Assembly: GCA_965645245.1 (NCBI GenBank)
Contig: OZ287078.1
Span: forward strand, 248,001-312,000
From: Massalongia carnosa
Lineage: Eukaryota
Length of the DNA stretch: 64,000 bases
Reading direction: 5' to 3'
Shown: positions 21,388-33,927 of the stretch, one piece after another
How the letters are laid out: each line of letters opens with the position of its first letter
Numbering within the stretch: position 1 is the stretch's first letter
Position numbers and translations under genes: made by a program
The notes under the pieces: generated by a model
Told to the model about the DNA's origin: nothing
Seen by the model: the letters and a program-made list of their open reading frames with translations, nothing else
Database searches by the model: none

Positions 21388-22356
21388 TTATCTCTGGGAC
21401 GTCTTCTCCAGCTCGATTTGTAGTCGTCGCATAGTCTCCTCATGTTGCATTTTAGCCATGATAATGGATTCTTCATGCTTCAAAATAATCTCCTGATGAT
21501 GCTGATCTCGTTGCTTGATTTCTAGATCATTATTCCTTTGCAGTCTAGCCTGATCAATCTCGAAATCTTTAGATTTCATGAGTTGAACCTCAATCATTGC
21601 ATCACCCACGGACTTGTTTTTAGATCTTTGCTTACTTAGCTTGGGACGAGACGTCTCGCTGTCGCTGTCCACATTCCAGGGACGTTTAGTGGATGATCCC
21701 ATCTTCTTGTTAAGGGTAGAAGGTTTTAAATGTTTAACCGTCTTCTTCTTCATCGGACCTTCTTTCAACAAATCCGTTTCGGATTGATTATCTTCATCTG
21801 TAGTCTTATCCTTAAGATCAATCTCGAAGTTATCATCTTCTGAATCATCGTTCAGTTCTTTTCCGCCTGTCATCAATTCTGTAGTAACATCAGGCTGAGT
21901 GGACTCTATGAGAAATGGAGGGGTAATAGTAGGTAGATCCCCCATGATCTCTTCAAATTCATAGTACCATGCGCATTTCTTCAAGATAACCTCCTTGATT
22001 GTCTCCCCGCGAGTGTTGTCGGCGACAACATCATGATTGGTAGGATCCACTCCCCATCCAGTTGTATCGGCCAGACTCCGCGTCTCTTTGAAAGTCTTTA
22101 TCATCTGACCGATTTTGTCCCTCGTCTTTTCCTTTGAGATGTCCGGTCGTTGCAGTCCCAATCCACTTTCTTCCAATAAACGTCTGGATGCCTCCACTTT
22201 ATTACTCTTTTGATAGGTGTTTAGATGAGTAAGGACTCCATCGCCATCTCGAAAGCAAAGCCATTGAACATTCTGCTGAATGTCTTCATCTTTCCATCTG
22301 ATGTTGGGAGCCTGGCGAGTTCGATCGATACGAGTAGGAGGGGGTGTGGACGTCAT
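21388..22356 (-). CDS. Harbinger partner protein (Myb/SANT-like DNA-binding)
   Basis: 322 aa, convergent with the transposase inside the TIRs; IRWKDED...TGWGV...KKCAWYYEFEEIMG, then an acidic/basic linker and coiled-coil tail. Confidence 0.78.
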   Translation of the reverse strand: MTSTPPPTRIDRTRQAPNIRWKDEDIQQNVQWLCFRDGDGVLTHLNTYQKSNKVEASRRLLEESGLGLQRPDISKEKTRDKIGQMIKTFKETRSLADTTGWGVDPTNHDVVADNTRGETIKEVILKKCAWYYEFEEIMGDLPTITPPFLIESTQPDVTTELMTGGKELNDDSEDDNFEIDLKDKTTDEDNQSETDLLKEGPMKKKTVKHLKPSTLNKKMGSSTKRPWNVDSDSETSRPKLSKQRSKNKSVGDAMIEVQLMKSKDFEIDQARLQRNNDLEIKQRDQHHQEIILKHEESIIMAKMQHEETMRRLQIELEKTSQR

Positions 22357-22474
22357 CTTTATTTTAGAACTGTTGGGGCTGATTCTGAGAATTTCTATTA
22401 ACTAGATTTTGAGCCCTGACAAGAACACCCTGACAAGAACAGTGGTCAGCTATGAAAGAAGACGAGGTAGTAGT

Positions 22475-22660
22475 TGTTGAGGTACACACGGAGATAAAGC
22501 GATTAGGAGATATCGCAGTTAGCATTAACTTAGTAGCTTATCAAGCAAATGAAGCATTGCGCTTTCGTCACCGGTCGTCATGACTCGTTTAGGACTAGCG
22601 TAGCAGTATATAGACGAGCTCAGCTCAGTTCAAATCAAACATCCTTTTTACACCCCAACA
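22475..22660 (+). repeat. Gypsy-2 5' LTR (186 bp)
   Basis: Matches 33791-33927 plus 36096-36144 with one substitution seen. Confidence 0.93.
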
Positions 22661-22792
22661 AATGGTAGCACTTGATCTGCTTCTTTCGCTTCTGCCTGGC
22701 ACCATAGACTGTTAGACATAGCACCAGAAGAGAGCTCATCAGCCTCTCACCAAGCCCTCCGAAGAAACCAAGTTCCATCTAGGTTTATAAAC

Positions 22793-23131
22793 TATTGTAA
22801 TTGAAGCTCTGCTGGCATAGTAAAAAGCTCACTTTTGAAACGATTGATCTTTCTATCTACCTATCTAAGGACCGTGTTTATATAGATAGAAAAACATGCC
22901 GAAAACCGTTCTCCCTATGACTCACCTTCCTGCTTCCTAGAAATCTAAGATTGGTGATTGACTCATATCCAATTTATGACTCGATGGGAATGTTCATAGA
23001 AGTTTTGCGGTGCTTCTCGAGGTCGTTATGTGTTGCCTAATGTTCTTACCAACGCACTAATCCCAATGCGGTACTATGTGACTCTGAACACTTTACTAGG
23101 CATCAGCCGGGTGACTTTGCACATTACAACA
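22793..23131 (-). repeat. Copia-2 3' LTR
   Basis: Identical by eye to 27609-27947. Confidence 0.95.
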
Positions 23132-23249
23132 CTCCCACTGCAAAGTTGCCAGGTGAGTAATAATATCCTAAACGCCGGTTTCCAATCTGATTTTGTGTGG
23201 CCTATGTGGTCAATTTAGGTGGCCTTATGATGAAGCGTCCTCCATCTTC

Positions 23250-26200
23250 CTATGCCTCTCTTAGGCCTAATTTCTCGCGCAACTTTCGAAAGATAGGTGC
23301 CGCCAGTGGTTTAGTGAAGATATCTGCCACCATATCGTGAGTGGATACGTGCTGTATAGTGGCATAGTTGTCTTCAACGACCTCCCGAAGATAATGAAGC
23401 TGAATATCCATATGTTTGGACCGACTATGGTGCTCAGGGTTTTTTATCAAATCGAGCGTACCCTGATTGTCGCCATTTAGGATAATTGGTAGGTTCATAT
23501 CTTTGGAGAAGTTCAACTCTCCGAACCATCTAGTTGCCCACACTATATCTTTTGAAGCCTGGCACATGGAAGAATACTCTGCTTCCATGGTGGATGTGAC
23601 GACTGACCGTTGCCTCTTACTGGCCCATATAACTGCCCCGTTTCCTAGCATCAGAACGTGGCCATATGATGATTTTCTATCATGGTTATCACCATACGCT
23701 GCATCAGCATAACTAGTGGGTCCGGTGTCATTGGGTTCGTAGGTAAGTGCCAAATTCGTGGTCCCATTCAGATATTTTATGAGATGGTCTACCGCGTTTC
23801 GGTGCCTAATTGCTGGATCGTGCGTATATTGACTAAGCTTTCCAACTGCTTGGGCAATGTCTGGTCGCGTGTTGATCATCAAAAACATCAAACTCCCTAT
23901 CCGTTCTTGATATTCTAATTGGTTTGTCCTAGGTTCGTTGACGATGGCAGGACTGCATGCATCATAGTTGATCATAGGGGTAAGGACTGAATTTGCTTTA
24001 TCCATCTTATATTTCTGCAGGAAGCTGCGAATGTAAGATGATTGGTCAATCATTATTTTGTCTTTCTCGCGACGTATGCGAATCCCTAAGATGAACTTTG
24101 CTGGCCCTAAGTCTTTCATATTATATTCCTTTATTAGTAGACTTTTGAGCTCCTTTATGGCTGTCATGCTTTTGGAAAATATCAGAAAATCATCAACATA
24201 AAGGCTAATGATAACGTGGGTAGTGTGATTAACGAACACACAATTGTCTCCTGAGAGCGCTTTGAAACCAATGGACGTTAGATAATTGGTTATCTTTTTA
24301 TTCCATCCTCGGCCAGATTGTTTGAGACCATAGAGTCCTTTCAGAACGCGCAACACATGGTTCGTCAGATGTGGGGGAAGCACCAAGCCTTGGGGAGGCT
24401 CCATATAGATTTCGTCATCTAGGGAGCTTTGCAAGTATGCGTTTGGTGCGTCCATGTGCTCAATATGGAAGTTATATTTACATGCGAAATATAGGAGCAT
24501 TCGTAAGGATTCATACCTTAGGGTGGGTGAAAACGTGTCCCCATAGTCTGTCCCGGGGATTTGTTTGAAGCCCCTTGCTACTAATCGTGCTTTATAGCGG
24601 TCAACATGGTTAGTAGGGGTGTATTTCACTTTGAAGACCCATCTAGCGGTGATGATGTTCTTATCTGCTGGTCTTTCAACATATTTCCATGTATTATTGG
24701 CGGCGAGAGCATTTAATTCGTCTTGAATAGCAATTTTCCATTTGCGATGGTCAGTGCATTGCATGGCCTGATTATATGACTGCGGCTCGTACACTTTGGA
24801 TGGTTGTTTTGCTATATTTGCCCGGTCCCGGTCCTTTTTGTTTCCATAAGAGTTATCGAATTCGTATCGGTTATACACATCTTTCCTGCGGTTGGAACGT
24901 CTGGTAGGTGATGAAGAAGGGGTTCTATTTGTCTCCTGAGTTTGGTTGTTTTGGTGCTGGGCACCTGCATCATCTTGGTGCAGATTATCCTGAGCACCTG
25001 CATCATCATCCTGATGCTGAATACCATCGCCCTGGTGCTGATCACCATTAGTAGGAACTCCCACTTGATCAGTAGTAGGGTGGTTGGTTGGTGGTGACGA
25101 TTTATTGTCATCGGAAGAGTCATCGTCATTTAGGACGACGGACGGGGATGATAGGCCTTTTGTAAGTAAGGATCCCCCCGGTCTTTTTTCATCAAACTTT
25201 ATTGAAGTCTGAATTTCCACCTTTTTTGTTTCCACATTGTATAACCTATATTGATAGCTTGAATGATACCCGGTGAATATTGCCTGATATGACATATTAT
25301 CTAGTTTGGAGCGTTTTTCCTTTGGGACATGCACAAAAGAGACGCATCCGAACGTACGAAGAGTGTTGATGTTAGGTCTTAGCCCGGTCCAAGACTCATT
25401 AGGCGACGTGGTGTTGGTGGTAGGTAAGAAGTTTCTGAGGTGGTTTGCTGCTACTGCTGCTTCCCCCCAGAAAAATTGTGGCAATTTGGCCCATACCAAC
25501 ATAGACCTTACCATTTGAACAATGGTTCTATTGAACCTTTCGGCGACACCGTTCTGCTGGGGCGTGTATGCGGTGGTTGGCTCCATACGAATTCCTAATG
25601 GCTGAAGTTGCTCTGCGAGATATTTATACTCTTTGGCATTATCAGCACGAAAGCGAATGATTTTGAGCCCCTTTTCCAACTCGACCATTGCCTTCCAGTC
25701 TTTTATGATGCGGTATATGTCTGCCCTACTTTTCATACAGAAGAGCCAAGATTTTCGGGTATAGTCGTCTATCAAAGAAACGAAATAGGTATGCCCACCT
25801 AAACTGGCCTTCTTATATGGACCCCAAACGTCAGTATGTATTCTATCGAGTGGTCTATTTGCCTTCGAGAAAGGAATTTTGCTGATTGTACGGGTCATCT
25901 TAGTTAAATTGCAAATCTGGCACGGTAGGTCCAGAATTGCCTTTGAAAGTTTCTTCCCTGTTGCTTGTTGAAGTCGTATATCATTGGGGTGCCCCAATCG
26001 TGTGTGCCATAACCAATATTGGGCCTCATTGGTGGCCTCATTGGTGGTCTCTTTGGGTGCTCCCACTGGATCGCTATCGATGCAGTCAGGGGTAATAGGA
26101 GGAGGAGTTTTGGGTTGAATTTCGCCGGAGGAAAGCGAGGTCAGATATGTGGTTGATTTAAGGTTTGCCGGTGGTTCGGGGCCATCTAAATCATCATTTT

Positions 26201-27485
26201 CATCATGGGCTTCGAGGGCCACATGAGATGTGTGGAGGAAGTACGCCCGTCCCCTAAGAATTCCGGTAGCGACCAAAGTACCATCCCTGAAAATCTCGAC
26301 ACCTCTCCGGTTAAATGAAACGTTCAAACCCTTCCGATTAAGGGCTGCAATTGATAGCAAGTTGACGTCTAGTTCAGGCACGAATAGAACGTCTGTCATC
26401 CGGATATGTTTCCCATCGATATTGGTGCAAATCGTACCTACTCCTACGGAGAAGAGTTTTTCGCCGTTTGCAATTCTAATGGTGGTCCGGTATGGCTTGA
26501 TTTGGGTGAAGATCGATTTGTTGTATGTCATATGCCTGGAGGCTCCTGAGTCAATTACCCATCCAGGTGAGTGTTGACCATCTTGCGCCATCCACGCACT
26601 ATCCTCACTATCACTATTCGATTCATCCTTTGCTGCTCGTGCTGCCCCCCTTCCTCTCGGTTTGTTTTTGGACTCATTAGGGTGTTCTTTGACCCATTTT
26701 TTATCTTCATCTGTGTTGTCCTGCCAGTCCCAGCAATCATTGCTATTATGCCTCTTTGGGCAATGTGAGCATTTGGGGATTGCCTTACCCTTGTTAATGG
26801 CCTTATTGGCCGTCTCGGTCTCTTGCCCATCTTTTAGTCGTTGCTCCACCCGTTTTAGGCTTTCCAGAGTCTTTTCTAATGTGGGATCACCAAGGTCTTC
26901 AAGGATGAACTTCGCGGTGTCATAAGCTGGGTCCTTAATGGCGTTCATGAGGGTCATGGCCACAGACAGATCTGATGGCTGTTCTGAAGTCTTTATATCT
27001 GCGATTTCCATCGCAAGGTTCTGCAATTCATTGGCGACCTCATCGATGGGTTGATCGACTGACATTTCATATGTATAGAATTTTCTGTGAAGCACACATA
27101 TTCTGCTTTTGGCTTTGACTGCATGGACGTTCCTCAATGCTGCCCAAACATCCTTTGCGGTCTCCTTGTTCCTAACAGTGACATATTGAGACTTTTCTAT
27201 ATTGCCCCTGATCCAGAGCTGTGCCTGAGTGTCATCAGTAAACTATTCCTCATAGTCTTTTGGATGGGTGACAGGGTCTGGAGAAGAAATGGCCCCGTTT
27301 ACTATCCTCCACATCCTTTTAGATTTGAGAAGAAGTTGCATGTCATCGGCCCAGGTCAGATAGTTGTTGGACCCAAGCTTCGGCTCTACTTTATAGTCTC
27401 CTTTTCGAATGGCTTTTGAATATGATCCATCAGGGGTTGTGCCCTCTTTCGCGGGAGCTGCGGAATCGCTCTCTTTTCCAGACAT
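23250..27485 (-). pseudogene. Copia-2 gag-pol polyprotein with one premature TAG (27243-27245)
   Basis: ORFs 27243..27485 and 23250..27137 share a frame. WVIDSGAS protease; WHTRLGH, HTDVWGP and QNGVAE integrase; YKARLVARGF and LYVDD RT; YADAAY RNase H. Confidence 0.93.
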
Positions 27486-27608
27486 GGTCCAATAATAGGA
27501 GAACTGATGGATGGAACGAAGAGAAGTATGGCTTCGTAACTTTGAAAAACAACAGAATAGATAGATTAATTTATGCGGAAGAAAAAATTGCTTTCCGGGC
27601 TCATAAAC

Positions 27609-27947
27609 TATTGTAATTGAAGCTCTGCTGGCATAGTAAAAAGCTCACTTTTGAAACGATTGATCTTTCTATCTACCTATCTAAGGACCGTGTTTATATA
27701 GATAGAAAAACATGCCGAAAACCGTTCTCCCTATGACTCACCTTCCTGCTTCCTAGAAATCTAAGATTGGTGATTGACTCATATCCAATTTATGACTCGA
27801 TGGGAATGTTCATAGAAGTTTTGCGGTGCTTCTCGAGGTCGTTATGTGTTGCCTAATGTTCTTACCAACGCACTAATCCCAATGCGGTACTATGTGACTC
27901 TGAACACTTTACTAGGCATCAGCCGGGTGACTTTGCACATTACAACA
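27609..27947 (-). repeat. Copia-2 5' LTR
   Basis: TGTTGTAAT...ATTACAATA on the minus strand, followed by the PBS. Confidence 0.95.
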
Positions 27948-28019
27948 TAAACCAAAACCAAGTTCTATCTCGGTTTAGACTCAAAGCTGAGTCCAGCTCA
28001 CTCTCCCACAACTCTCACC

Positions 28020-31000
28020 GTGGCTTCTCAACCCCCAGCTCTTGCTTCCTCTCATCCTACACCAATCTTGCATCGTAGCACAATCCTGGTGGCCTTCCAG
28101 CTTCTAGAATTCATCAAAACCGGTCACAGATACGCCGATCTAATCAGTAAAGAAATCAGGCAGGTAGCCTCCGCTGTAGTTGCAACCAACACTAGACCAA
28201 CTGAAGGTCAACTTATCACTATCCAAACGTCATTAAGGCCAGGTCCATCCACAAGATCCTCTGCAGAACCCGTAGCGTTTGACTATAGATGGGCCACAGA
28301 CAAAGGCGATCTTAGAGTAGCTCTACAGGTTTTCTATAAGGACACGGCAGAATTTCGAGGTTCATCTTACTACTATAGCTTCCTAATATTCAGGGAACCA
28401 TCAAATTCCTCCGGAACTCCCACTCCCGAAAGACCAAGTGTTGACCTTTTGCAGAACACCTCGATACCTGATCAGCCTGATCAAAATCCGGCTTCTACTA
28501 CTAGAGCTACAACAAGGGAGACATCGGCCGATGAAGTAATATTCAACAGTCCAATTGGGCCGCAGGACCAACCACACGCGGTCCCTCCCAAATTTGCCCC
28601 AGGTACTCTTAGGCTTAAGCCATCCTCTTTACATCCAAGCATGGCCTCATCGTCAGCCCAACCTACTATTGATCCGACAATTCAAGCCATGATCGACGCC
28701 GCGATAACATCCGCATTCAGACGTCTTGAACAAAATCAGTCCGCAGCATCGGGACCCCCAGGACCACCCGGGCCGCCAGGACCCCCAGGTGATCGAGGGG
28801 AACCAGGCCTAGGATCTAATAGCACATCAGGCGGTCGTTGGAATGCAGGTGAGATAGGTTTCTTTGACCCCCACTTCGAGGGCAAGAGCTTGTCCACCGG
28901 TCCCTCAATCGAACATTCGGGCAAAGACACATATTACAGGGACGTACACGTCTTTTGTGAGAGGATAAAAGATATGGCAATCATACTAGGAGGCGAGCAG
29001 GTACGAAACAACCTTGCCACTTGCCTTAGAGGGACAGCCCTTAGCTGGTACACATCGGAGCTTGTGGATGGAGAGAAACGACTATTGAAATATGGCAAGG
29101 ACGTTGACGAGTGGATCACAGCATTGACATCCCGGTTTAAAGAAAGCCCTGGGATCGCTATGAAGACCATCATGAGAGAAAAGTACACAATGGAAGATGC
29201 TCGAAGGCATAAGGAACCCAGAGAATATGCCCAAGTCATCCTGCGTGCGGCCAAATCAGCCAGTATGACAGAAGTTTATAATCAGCTCTTTTTGATTTAC
29301 AATGGCCTCGATGTGGAATTTCAGAGAGATATGACGACTCCAACACCCACCACCAACCTTAGTGGATTCCTACAGGAATTAGACTCTCATAAGGAGATCT
29401 GGTGGGCCTTGGGTGCCAGGTCTGGATATGGCAACAGCTCTAAGCAGCCGTCACGAAACTATCGCTCCACAGGTCAGTATAGATCCAACTACAATTCCAA
29501 TTCCAATTCTGGACCCTCCAACAGACAGGAATATTTCCAACCGGGGCTTCAACCTGTCATCGGCAAACCTCAGTTCAATGCTTATTCTGAACAGTATTCC
29601 AACAACATGGCCACTGGCTACAATCAAGTCTCAAACGACGCGCGTGCCCTGAATGCTCCACCCTCTCAGAAGATGATCACGCAAGGCCAATCCAATTCAG
29701 GAAACGGGTCCGCTTCTCGCGCAAATCAGCAATTCAGACAACCTCTCCGCAACATCTTTCCTAATAACAAAGGCAGCTTCAAACCACAAAAAGCCTATCA
29801 CACAACCACGGACGACAACTCGAAAGACGTGAATTTCAGTACTGACGAAGGATACTGGGAAGACGATCGATACTACGATGAACAGCAGGAGAATACATCA
29901 GACCACCCAGATGAGCCGGATTCGGCCGACGTAAATTTCGTAGAACCCGAAATAACTTACACATGTAAAAGATGCAATTCGTCATTCTATTCTAACAACA
30001 AGCTTCATAGACACCTTCGAGGATGCCAAGCGGTTCAGAAGACATCGGTTATTGTCAACTTTGTTGACTGCAGTAAACACGATGATGTATCAGCGAAAGT
30101 AATTCGTTCCAAAGCAAAATCAGGTACAAACGACGGATTTAGCTTCAGGTCCTGGCACTATGCTAAGATTCTCGCCTCACTCTCATTTAAAGGAAAACCA
30201 GATGAGATATGTCTAGATACAGGAACTAGCATGTCTGCAATTGATCGTGGATTCTTGCTGGAAAGAGTTCCAGAGGCGAAGATAATGAAAACAGCCGTTC
30301 CAGTCACCCTTCGAGGCATTGGTAAAGAGTTACATGATAGCTCGGAGTATGTATTACAAGACATATATCTACCAGGTCGGACCAAGGATGAGCTAGCCAT
30401 CGCACACATTACTCGAGAAATCCATATAGTTGACAGTCTAAAAGCCAAAGCACTTATAGGAATGGACATCATCTCCCCAGAAGAAACGGTGATCAACACT
30501 CGAAAGAACGTCGTAGAGATCGGAAGTTGTGAGGTAGAGATCCAATTGTTCACTACATCAAAGGGTCAAAGGATCAATCGATCGGTTCTGGCACAGACAT
30601 CGACCACCATTCCTCCGAACACGACCATGGCGCTGCCCATAAAAATGCGCGGAAAAACCATACCGAGTGACAGAGACTACTCATTCCATCCAAGCTCTAA
30701 CAGAACCCTCGGCCCAGAAGGAGGCTTCTTCTCTCACATAACTGACTCTCAGTTCGCCGCTATTCAGGTACGGAATACCTCGAATAAACCGGTAACACTA
30801 CCCAAAAATATGAAGGTAGGTACGTTAGTAGATTACGAAGAAGAAGGCTGCTACAACGTAGATGAAGAAAACCGCCATTTAGCTATCAAATCAGCGCCAA
30901 ACTGCTACGATGGCTTCACCAAATTGGCTAAATTTGGGCCGGCGGCCTTCAGCGGCACATCTCATGTTCTATCCCAACCACACGAAACTGCGCAGGAAAG

Positions 31001-33750
31001 GGTAACAGACAACGGAATAACCATATACGGCGATTCTTCGACATACAACAGGCTTTCTGCAGTGGCAAAGGCCTATCACGATATATGGAGGGACAAAGGA
31101 GGTGTTGTGAATATCCCAGAAAAGGACTGGATGGAAATAAAAACAGTAAATGACGCAAAGCCCATGCCAGCCAGAGTCTTTCGCTTGGGACCGGAGGATA
31201 GAGCGGTAGTTGACAAAGAATTCGATGCGATGCACAAGAGTGGCAAGATGGAATGGACAACCAAACCACACCATTTGCATACCCAGTATTCGTGGTATGG
31301 CGAACAATTCATCTCCCAGGGAAGATTCCAGAAAGGAAGGGCCGCGTCGTCATAGATATTCGAGGGCTCAATAAGTTATCCGAATTCGATGCTTACCCAA
31401 TGCCTTTACAGGCGGATGTTACCTCCGCTATTCAGGGCTGCACCTACATCAGCGTCATGGACGGGGCAGGTTTCTTCCATCAGTGGCCAGTAAAAAAATC
31501 GGACCGCCACAAACTCACAGTAGTATCTCATAGAGGATCAGAACAATGGAACGTGGCAGTAATGGGATACAGAAACAGCCCGGCCTATGCGCAACGTCAA
31601 ATCGACGGGATTCTTAGGCCATATCGAGCTTTTGCCAGGGCATACGTAGATGATATAGTCATATTCAGCCACTCTTTGGAAGAGCAAATTCGCCATCTCA
31701 ATCAGATTTTCGAACTATTCAGCAAAATCAATCTGGCAATCAAGCCTTCTAAGACGTACCTCGGATACCCTACCATCACACTTCTAGGACAGAAGGTGGA
31801 TAGTCTTGGCCTCACAACCGCAGCCGAAAAGCTATCCGCAATAGCAGGCATGAGTTTCCCAGAAAGGCTCAAAGATCTCGAGCGATATCTTGGATTCACC
31901 GGATGGCTTCGCGACTATGTACCATACTACGCACAAAAGGCGGAACCGTTGCAAATTCGGAAGACCATGCTTCTTAGAGACTCTCCTTCCAACAAGGGTA
32001 AAGCTAGGAAGGACTATAGCCTTCGAACCCTTATCACAGACCCATCCGATGCAGAGCTGGACGCCTACTCTCAATTACAAGAAGCATTCAGCAAGCCTAG
32101 CATGCTCACTCATTTTTCCACAACACGAAGACTATACGCCGACGTAGATACCTCCAAGCAAGGAGTAGGAGTTATGGTATATCATTTAAAAAGCGATAGA
32201 GGTAATGACGGAGTATCAATACCCGCACTACCTCCGAAAAGACAAGACGTAGACCCCATCCTGTTTCTCAGCAAAAATCTTTCGGCCGCCGAATCAAGAT
32301 ACTGGCCCACTGAGTTAGAGATGAATGGGCTAGTATGGATGGTAAAGAGAATTCATCATATGATTCAAGGATCGAGACATTCAACTACTATTTATACCGA
32401 TCATGCGGCAAATACAGCAATTGCTAAACAGACCAAGTTGTCTACAAGTAGCATCGACAAGCTCAACCTCAATCTCGTCAAAGCATCCACATATCTATCC
32501 CAGACAAAGCGACCAGGAGAAAATCGCTTATCGCTGGTAAATCAACACATTCCGCCGACGAATGGGCCGAATTAGTATTGGAGCGCCTGTTGATAGCCGA
32601 TTGGGGGATACCAGAGGGTATAATCTCGGATAGAGACCCCAAATTTCTTTCAGATTTCTGGAAGGGCCTATTCAAAAGATTGGGTACCAGTCTATTGACA
32701 AGTACAGCATATCATCCACAGACGGACGGTTTATCCGAGAGAACAAATCAAACCGTGGAGATAGCGCTTCGATACCTGATCACCGAGAATCCCGATATAA
32801 GTGTAGTGAAAGCGCTTCCAGCTTTACAAGCAAGTCTAAACAATTCTCCCACGTCATCCACAGGACTATCTCCCAATGAAATAATGTACGGATTCAAAGT
32901 GAAAGAAATATTGTCAACACTGGCTCCCGATAAAGAGCCAAACATAGCCGAAAAAAGACTCGAGTATGCACAAGAGGCCGCAGACGCCACCTCTTTTGCC
33001 AATGCAAAAGCCAAGATCTATTACGATGCAAGACACAAGCCTTTGTTATTGAAGGAAGGGGACTATGCGTATTTACGCCTTCACAATGGGTATCAATTAC
33101 CGGGCAAACCTAATAAGAAGCTGAGCAATCAGCGAACTGGACCTTTTCTCATTAAGAAAAGGGTAGGGCGCCTGGCGTACGAACTAGAGCTACCTCCTAA
33201 ATGGAGGGTACATCCCGTCGTATCCATTGCCCAGCTTGAGCCTGCAGACACCACAAAGGACCCGTATGATCGTTATAGACCCACTCATCCAGAATCAGTG
33301 GAGATGCTAGGCGACACAATTGACAATAAATCCTACGAAGTGGAGAAGATGGTAGCCAAACGGCTCCGAAAATATGGGAAGACCACAGTAACTCAATACC
33401 TCGTACGATGGCTGGGGTACGGACCAGAGTACGATGAATGGAAAAGCATCGCAGCCTTAGGAGACTGCTTAACACTAGTAGAAGAATACGAATCAACTCA
33501 TCCGGAGGTAAAGCAATCAAAGACACAACGAAAGCAGCGGGTTGTAGCAACTAAAGGGCTTCTAACAAAGCCCAAAACATCACACATTGCACGCACAGGT
33601 ACACCTACAACAGCGGCCGAACTGACCGCAGTAAGCAAAAATCCGCCATCAGCTCAAACCACAACGCCTCCGACAACATCCCTAGCAAAACATGCATCTA
33701 TTCCAACATTCAAAGCAATAAACAACAATTCACCCGATGATATCGACTAG
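28020..33750 (+). pseudogene. Gypsy-2 gag-pol (gag, PR, RT, RH, truncated IN, chromodomain); probable ATG at 28641
   Basis: CLDTGT protease; IDIRGLN and YVDDIVIFS RT; YWPTELE RNase H; ISDRDPKF and QTDGLSE integrase; YLVRWLGYG chromodomain. Frameshift near 31265 and a deletion junction near 32503. Confidence 0.9.
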
Positions 33751-33927
33751 GCCAACGAGGGCGCTGGCGATCTTTTCAAAGGGGGGCACTTGTTGAGGTA
33801 CACACGGAGATAAAGCGATTAGGAGATATCGCAGTTAGCATTAACTTAGTAGCTTATCAAGCAAATGAAGCATTGCGCTTTTGTCACCGGTCGTCATGAC
33901 TCGTTTAGGACTAGCGTAGCAGTATAT

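Larger units (their letters stand above)
22793..27947 (-). mobile_element. Ty1/Copia LTR retrotransposon 2 (very recent)
   Basis: Two 339-bp LTRs identical by eye, TSD TAAAC, PBS GTTTATGAGCCC, single gag-pol frame. Confidence 0.96.

Noticed and set aside
27243..27245. Readthrough stop in Copia-2
   Set aside because: It falls early inside gag at a likely Trp codon, not at a domain boundary; treated as a nonsense mutation.
31253..31355. Programmed frameshift in Gypsy-2
   Set aside because: The shift is inside the RT N-terminal region and is explained by a 1-nt deletion.
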